Source: Sinorhizobium meliloti (lineage in GTDB: Bacteria; Pseudomonadota; Alphaproteobacteria; Rhizobiales; Rhizobiaceae). Taken from it: a DNA stretch of 32,000 nt. The DNA is taken from the NCBI RefSeq assembly GCF_017876815.1, contig NZ_JAGIOS010000003.1, forward strand, positions 1,170,001 to 1,202,000, in the 5' to 3' direction. Made by a program: the position numbers and the translations under genes. Below the pieces are notes generated by a model, which did not search any database, was not told the DNA's origin, and saw nothing but the letters and a program-made list of their open reading frames with translations. Below, in pieces: positions 28,124 through 32,000 of this stretch (position 1 is its first letter; each line of letters starts with the position of its first letter).

Positions 28124-28540
28124 ATGACAACACAGAAAAAGGTTCTCTACACCGGCAAGACTCACACGACCGGTGGCCGTGAAGGGTTCGCCCGCAGCGA
28201 CGATGCCCAACTGGAGGTCAGGCTTTCGCCGCCGGGCAGCGGCAAAGCCGGAACCAATCCCGAGCAGCTCTTCGCCGCCGGCTGGTCAGCCTGTTTTATC
28301 GGCGCACTAGGTCTAGCCGCGGCGAAGCACAAGTTGTCGCTCCCGGCCGAAACGGCAGTCGATGCTGAAGTCGATCTCGCCAAATCGGAAGGCGGCTTTT
28401 TTCTTCAAGCCCGGCTTGCCGTCAGCCTCCCCGGCATCGACGCGGACCTTGCGCGATCGCTCATCGCCGAAGCGCATCAGACCTGCCCCTATTCAAAGGC
28501 AACGCGGGGGAACATCGAGGTCGATCTGACTCTCGCCTGA
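28124..28540 (+). CDS. ohr: Organic hydroperoxide resistance protein (OsmC/Ohr family)
   Basis: 138 aa from the ATG at 28124, with ACGGAG upstream. Both catalytic Cys contexts are present (AGWSACF and HQTCPYS), along with the TGGREG motif. Confidence 0.88.
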   Translation: MTTQKKVLYTGKTHTTGGREGFARSDDAQLEVRLSPPGSGKAGTNPEQLFAAGWSACFIGALGLAAAKHKLSLPAETAVDAEVDLAKSEGGFFLQARLAVSLPGIDADLARSLIAEAHQTCPYSKATRGNIEVDLTLA

Positions 28541-28567
28541 CCGCGTTCTTGATCCAAGGAGGTTTCT

Positions 28568-28693
28568 ATGAAGCGCCTCATAGTCGGCATACTGACATTC
28601 GCCGTTGTTGCAGCGCCTTGCGTCTATGACATATTTTCCGCGGAACCATCGGCGCTGGCCGGCCTCCTCGCGGCGTCTGTGCTGCCACTTTAA
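28568..28693 (+). CDS. Small hydrophobic 41-aa ORF (not in the supplied track)
   Basis: AAGGAGG (28556..28562) lies 5 nt upstream of the ATG at 28568. Product MKRLIVGILTFAVVAAPCVYDIFSAEPSALAGLLAASVLPL, stop TAA at 28691..28693. It starts 28 nt after the ohr stop. Confidence 0.4.
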   Translation: MKRLIVGILTFAVVAAPCVYDIFSAEPSALAGLLAASVLPL

Positions 28694-28748
28694 GGCAGGG
28701 GAAGGCCGCCAATTCGATGAGGGATCGGCTGCGAGACCAGCGGATCCT

Positions 28749-29405
28749 TCACACGTCCAGCGGTCGATTGGATCCGGGCCTCATTGCAGTCTGGAAGATG
28801 GCCCAGCGGCTTTCGAACAGGCGAAGACTGTCGGCGGCGTCCGGACTTTCGGACAGGCCGAGACGGACACGGTTATTTGCGCCTTCCAGCAAATCGATGA
28901 GGACGTGGCAAATCTCTATGGCAGGTCCCGGCACGACCAGGCCGGCGGCCTGAGCCGATATGATCGCCTGCACAATGGGTTCCAGTGCAGCACTCGACCA
29001 TACCGCCAACCTTTCCCGCAATGGCAGCGAAAACACGGCCTCGGCGGTAACCGACAGATAGAAAGCGGAATAATCACGGTCCGTGCCGAAGCGGAAATAC
29101 CTGAAAGCCACATCGCGCAACGCTGCGAGAGGTGCATCACCTTGTCCCGCTGCTTCGGCAAGCGTCTTGCGGAAGCGCACGAGGTCACGTTCGACCACGG
29201 CTTCCAGAAGCGCCTGCCTGTTGGGATATCGCCGATAAAGCGTGTGTTTCGAGATTCCGAGCTCCGCGGCAATCTCTTCCATGGAGGCGTTCGCAATCCC
29301 CTTGCGGGCAAAGGTCGAGCGGGCGCTATCCAGAAGACGACTGGTCAGAGCCTCGGCCTCTTCCCGAGTGGGACGTCCGCCGCCACGTCTGCGAACTCTA
29401 ATCAT
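28749..29405 (-). CDS. TetR/AcrR-family transcriptional regulator
   Basis: HTH ASMEEIAAELGISKHTLYRRYPNRQALLEAV. The start is taken at the ATG at 29405 (MIRVRRRGGGRPTREE...); the track ORF extends to 29456. It is divergent from the ABC-F gene. Confidence 0.88.
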   Translation of the reverse strand: MIRVRRRGGGRPTREEAEALTSRLLDSARSTFARKGIANASMEEIAAELGISKHTLYRRYPNRQALLEAVVERDLVRFRKTLAEAAGQGDAPLAALRDVAFRYFRFGTDRDYSAFYLSVTAEAVFSLPLRERLAVWSSAALEPIVQAIISAQAAGLVVPGPAIEICHVLIDLLEGANNRVRLGLSESPDAADSLRLFESRWAIFQTAMRPGSNRPLDV

Positions 29406-29468
29406 GGATGTCCGACGCCGGCCGATGGGCGGGATGGACAACGCCATTGCCCGCACCGCTGATTGCTG

Positions 29469-29494
29469 ATAACAGCACGATACCGTGCTGTTAT
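29469..29494. promoter_or_regulatory. Perfect inverted repeat, candidate TetR operator
   Basis: ATAACAGCACG-atac-CGTGCTGTTAT (11-bp arms, 4-bp spacer) lies in the 110-bp TetR/ABC-F divergent intergenic region. Confidence 0.6.
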
Positions 29495-29515
29495 TAACAT
29501 TGCAACAGGTTCGCC

Positions 29516-31105
29516 ATGCCCTCCATCACTCTCTCCGCTCTCTCCTGGTCGAAACCCGACGGGGGGCATGTTTTTACCGATCTCGACCTGGCGTTTGGTC
29601 CGGAGCGGACGGGGCTGGTTGGAAGAAACGGCATAGGAAAAACGAGCGTGCTCAACATTCTTGCCGGTACATTAAGGCCTTCCTCCGGCACGGTTGCCAT
29701 CCAGGGACGTGTCGCGCTGGCGAGGCAGATACTTCGGGCCGGCGCCGATGAAACCATCGCCGATGTGTTCGGTGTGACGCAGGCGGTTGCGGTGTTACGG
29801 CGCGCCGAAAAAGGCGAAGCGAGTCTTGAAGAACTCGAAACTGCGGATTGGACAGTGGAAGAGCGGATAGTTTCCGCCCTTGTCCGGCTTGGACTGGAGG
29901 CGCGGGCGGATACGCTCCTGAAGCAGCTCTCCGGGGGCCAGCGCACGCGGGCGGTGCTCGCGGCGGCAATATTCTCCGAGCCGGACTTCCTCCTTCTCGA
30001 CGAGCCGACCAACAATCTGGATCGTGACGGCAGACGGGCGGTTATCGACCTTCTTTCCGGCTGGCGCAGCGGGGCAATTGTCGTTAGCCACGATCGTGAA
30101 CTGCTCGAAGAAATGGACGCGATTATCGAACTGAGCTCGGTCGGGACAAAGCGCTACGGCGGGGGCTGGAGTTCCTATCAGGCGGCGAGGGCGGTTGAGC
30201 TGGAAGCGGCGCAACAAAGCCTCGCACATGCACAGAAGACCGCCGACGAAATCGACCGCAAGGCACGTGCCTTGGCAGAGCGGCTGGACAAGCGTGGCGC
30301 GTCTGGTACCCGAAAAGCGGCAAAGGGCGACATGCCGCGGATTCTAATGGGCCGGCGCAAGAGCAATGCGGAAGAAAGCCGGGGCAAGGGTGTGGAACTC
30401 GCCGAGCGACAGCGCGCAGCCGCGCTCGACGCCGTCACAGCGGCCAAAGCGCGGATCGAGGTGCTGCAGCCGTTCTCTATCCGTCTTCCGCGAACCGATC
30501 TTCCCGCCGGCCGGCAAGTCCTCGCGTTTGACCGCGTTACGGCGGGCTACGATCCCGCCCGTCCGGTCATTCGGGATCTATCCTTCTCGCTTGTCGGCCC
30601 GCGGCGCCTTTCGGTCACCGGCCCCAACGGGGCGGGCAAAACGAGTCTTCTGAAGGTAGTCACCGGAGAATTGCGACCCTTTAACGGAACCGTTTCCGTA
30701 AATGTTCCCTTCTCTCTGCTGGACCAGAGCGTCAGTATTCTGGAGCGCGGCGAGACGATCCTCGATAATTTCAAGCGGCTCAATCCCGGTGCCAGCGACA
30801 ACGCCTGCCGGGCGGCCTTGGCCAGCTTTCGCTTCCGCGCGGATGCGGCCTTGCAAAGGGTGGAGACGTTGAGCGGCGGGCAGGTGCTGCGCGCCGGCCT
30901 TGCCTGCGCACTCGGCGGTTCCGATCCCCCATCGCTGCTCATTCTCGACGAGCCGACCAACCATCTGGATATCGACTCCATCGAGGCGGTCGAAGCTGGG
31001 CTGCTCGCCTATGACGGCGCACTCGTCGTCGTCAGCCACGACGAGACATTCCTTGCAAACATCGGGATAGGCACGCGTCTGGAGCTTTCGACCTCCTGGG
31101 GCTGA
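29516..31105 (+). CDS. ABC-F family ATPase (tandem ABC domains, no membrane domain)
   Basis: Domain 1: GRNGIGKTS, LSGGQRTR, LLLDEPTNNLD. Domain 2: GPNGAGKTS, LSGGQVLR, LILDEPTNHLD. A long Arg/Lys/Ala-rich inter-domain linker is present. Confidence 0.9.
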   Translation: MPSITLSALSWSKPDGGHVFTDLDLAFGPERTGLVGRNGIGKTSVLNILAGTLRPSSGTVAIQGRVALARQILRAGADETIADVFGVTQAVAVLRRAEKGEASLEELETADWTVEERIVSALVRLGLEARADTLLKQLSGGQRTRAVLAAAIFSEPDFLLLDEPTNNLDRDGRRAVIDLLSGWRSGAIVVSHDRELLEEMDAIIELSSVGTKRYGGGWSSYQAARAVELEAAQQSLAHAQKTADEIDRKARALAERLDKRGASGTRKAAKGDMPRILMGRRKSNAEESRGKGVELAERQRAAALDAVTAAKARIEVLQPFSIRLPRTDLPAGRQVLAFDRVTAGYDPARPVIRDLSFSLVGPRRLSVTGPNGAGKTSLLKVVTGELRPFNGTVSVNVPFSLLDQSVSILERGETILDNFKRLNPGASDNACRAALASFRFRADAALQRVETLSGGQVLRAGLACALGGSDPPSLLILDEPTNHLDIDSIEAVEAGLLAYDGALVVVSHDETFLANIGIGTRLELSTSWG

Positions 31106-31326
31106 TGCCGATCGAGATAATCGATGGGCACCCAATTCAGGGCACACTCAAAGCACAGCGCCTCGTCTGTGATGGGGCTGGCGCCGGCCATGAACCCCGC
31201 GGTCGAGTGCGGCAATTCCACCGGCTAACCGACCCTCTTCAGAGGCATTCCATCACGTTAAACGACCATGGCTGCGGTCATGCCCGTGTCGGTTGGCGCT
31301 CCGAGATATAGTTCATGCGTTGCTCC

Positions 31327-32000
31327 TTACGGGATCAAAAGCAGTTTTCCGGTGGTTGCACGGCTTGCCATCGCGGCATGGGCGCCGGCGGCGTCGGCAA
31401 GGCGATAGGTTTCGCCGATCGTCACCGTGATCGATCCGTCCTCGATCCAGTCGAAAAGCTGCTTGGTGCGATCGAGAAGGAGTTCGTGCGTGTGGATGTG
31501 GTCCATGAACGTTGCGTAGCCGATCTTGATGCTCTTCGGCGGTTCATGATCTCGAGCGGTCCAGGCCCGCCGAGCACTGGTCCGTACCAGCAGAAGGTAC
31601 CGGACCGGCGAAGCGCTTCGATCGACCCCTTGAAGGTCTTGGGACCGGAGCCATCGTAAACGACGTTCACGCCCTCGCCGCCAGTCAAGCGCAGGACTTC
31701 GTCGGCAAACCTTCCGTCGGTATCGACGATGACGTGCTCGGCGCCAGCCTTTCTGGCGATCGCGACTTTGTCTTCGGACGATACGCGTCCGATTACTCGG
31801 CCACCCCTTAGCCTTATAATCTGTGTCAGCAGCAGGCCGACCCCGCCGGCCGCCGCATGAACAAGGGCGATGTCGCCCGGCTGCACTGGATAAAAATCCG
31901 TCGCGAAGTGACTGGCTGTGAGCCCCTGCATCATAATGGATGCGGCCGTTCGGTCGTCCAGGGTATCGGGAATTTTCACGAGGGAGGCTGCCGGTATCGA
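31327..32000 (-). pseudogene. NADPH:quinone oxidoreductase (zeta-crystallin/MDR family), apparent frameshift, 5' end beyond the window
   Basis: ORF 31422..31979 carries the NAD(P)-binding AAGGVGLLLTQI and ...GTFCWYGPVLGGPGPLEIM, then degenerates. A different frame continues with the expected C-terminus EPPKSIKIGYATFMDHIHTHELLLDRTKQLFDWIEDGSITVTIGETYRLADAAGAHAAMASRATTGKLLLIP and TAA at 31327..31329. The frame change is near 31538..31552. Upstream the reading frame stays open to the window end. Confidence 0.7.

Noticed and set aside
28722-28747. Imperfect 10-bp inverted repeat GGATCGGCTG-cgagac-CAGCGGATCC between the small ORF and the TetR gene end, considered as a terminator
   Set aside because: It has one internal mismatch and no adjacent U-tract on either strand. 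The evidence is too weak to call.
31009-31315. AAGGAG plus ATG at 31315 right after the qor stop (12-codon ORF) and 70-aa ORF 31009..31221 on the minus strand
   Set aside because: The first ORF is only 12 codons long. The second overlaps the ABC-F 3' end by about 100 nt and has no RBS or motif. This may be debris of a decayed gene, but I cannot support that.

Overview
This is a GC-rich, Rhizobiaceae-type repABC plasmid or chromid segment; from memory the gene order resembles the origin-proximal part of a Sinorhizobium/Ensifer pSymA-like replicon, which cannot be verified here. From left to right it contains a LysR regulator, an ABC-F ATPase, an orphan RTX serralysin-type metalloprotease, selD, a secreted low-complexity protein and a Tat-exported transglutaminase-like protein. 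Next come a small hypothetical gene and an intact tRNA-Sec (selC). A ~3.9-kb decayed integrative-element remnant follows, carrying a truncated tyrosine integrase, an orphan receiver domain, a multiply disrupted LigD-type ligase, small hypothetical genes and an excisionase-like ORF. Its far side is bounded by a 40-nt relic of a second, diverged tRNA-Sec lying in the 3' end of selB. After that comes one ~10-kb minus-strand, translationally coupled operon: fdoG (in-frame UGA = Sec), fdoH, fdoI, fdhE, selA, a Sel1-repeat protein and selB. A ~2-kb non-coding region then carries six copies of the 16-bp palindrome GTTCCCCGCGGGGAAC, which match repABC parS-type sites. The window ends with repA, repB, a candidate antisense ctRNA, repC, ohr, an unlisted 41-codon ORF, a divergent TetR/ABC-F pair with a perfect operator-like palindrome, and a frameshifted quinone oxidoreductase that runs off the window. 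The most interesting points are the split or duplicated selC locus with compensatory D-stem changes, and the uncharacterised Sel1-repeat gene embedded by overlapping stop/start codons between selA and selB. All calls were made by eye from motifs in the supplied translations and sequence; no searches or folding programs were run.
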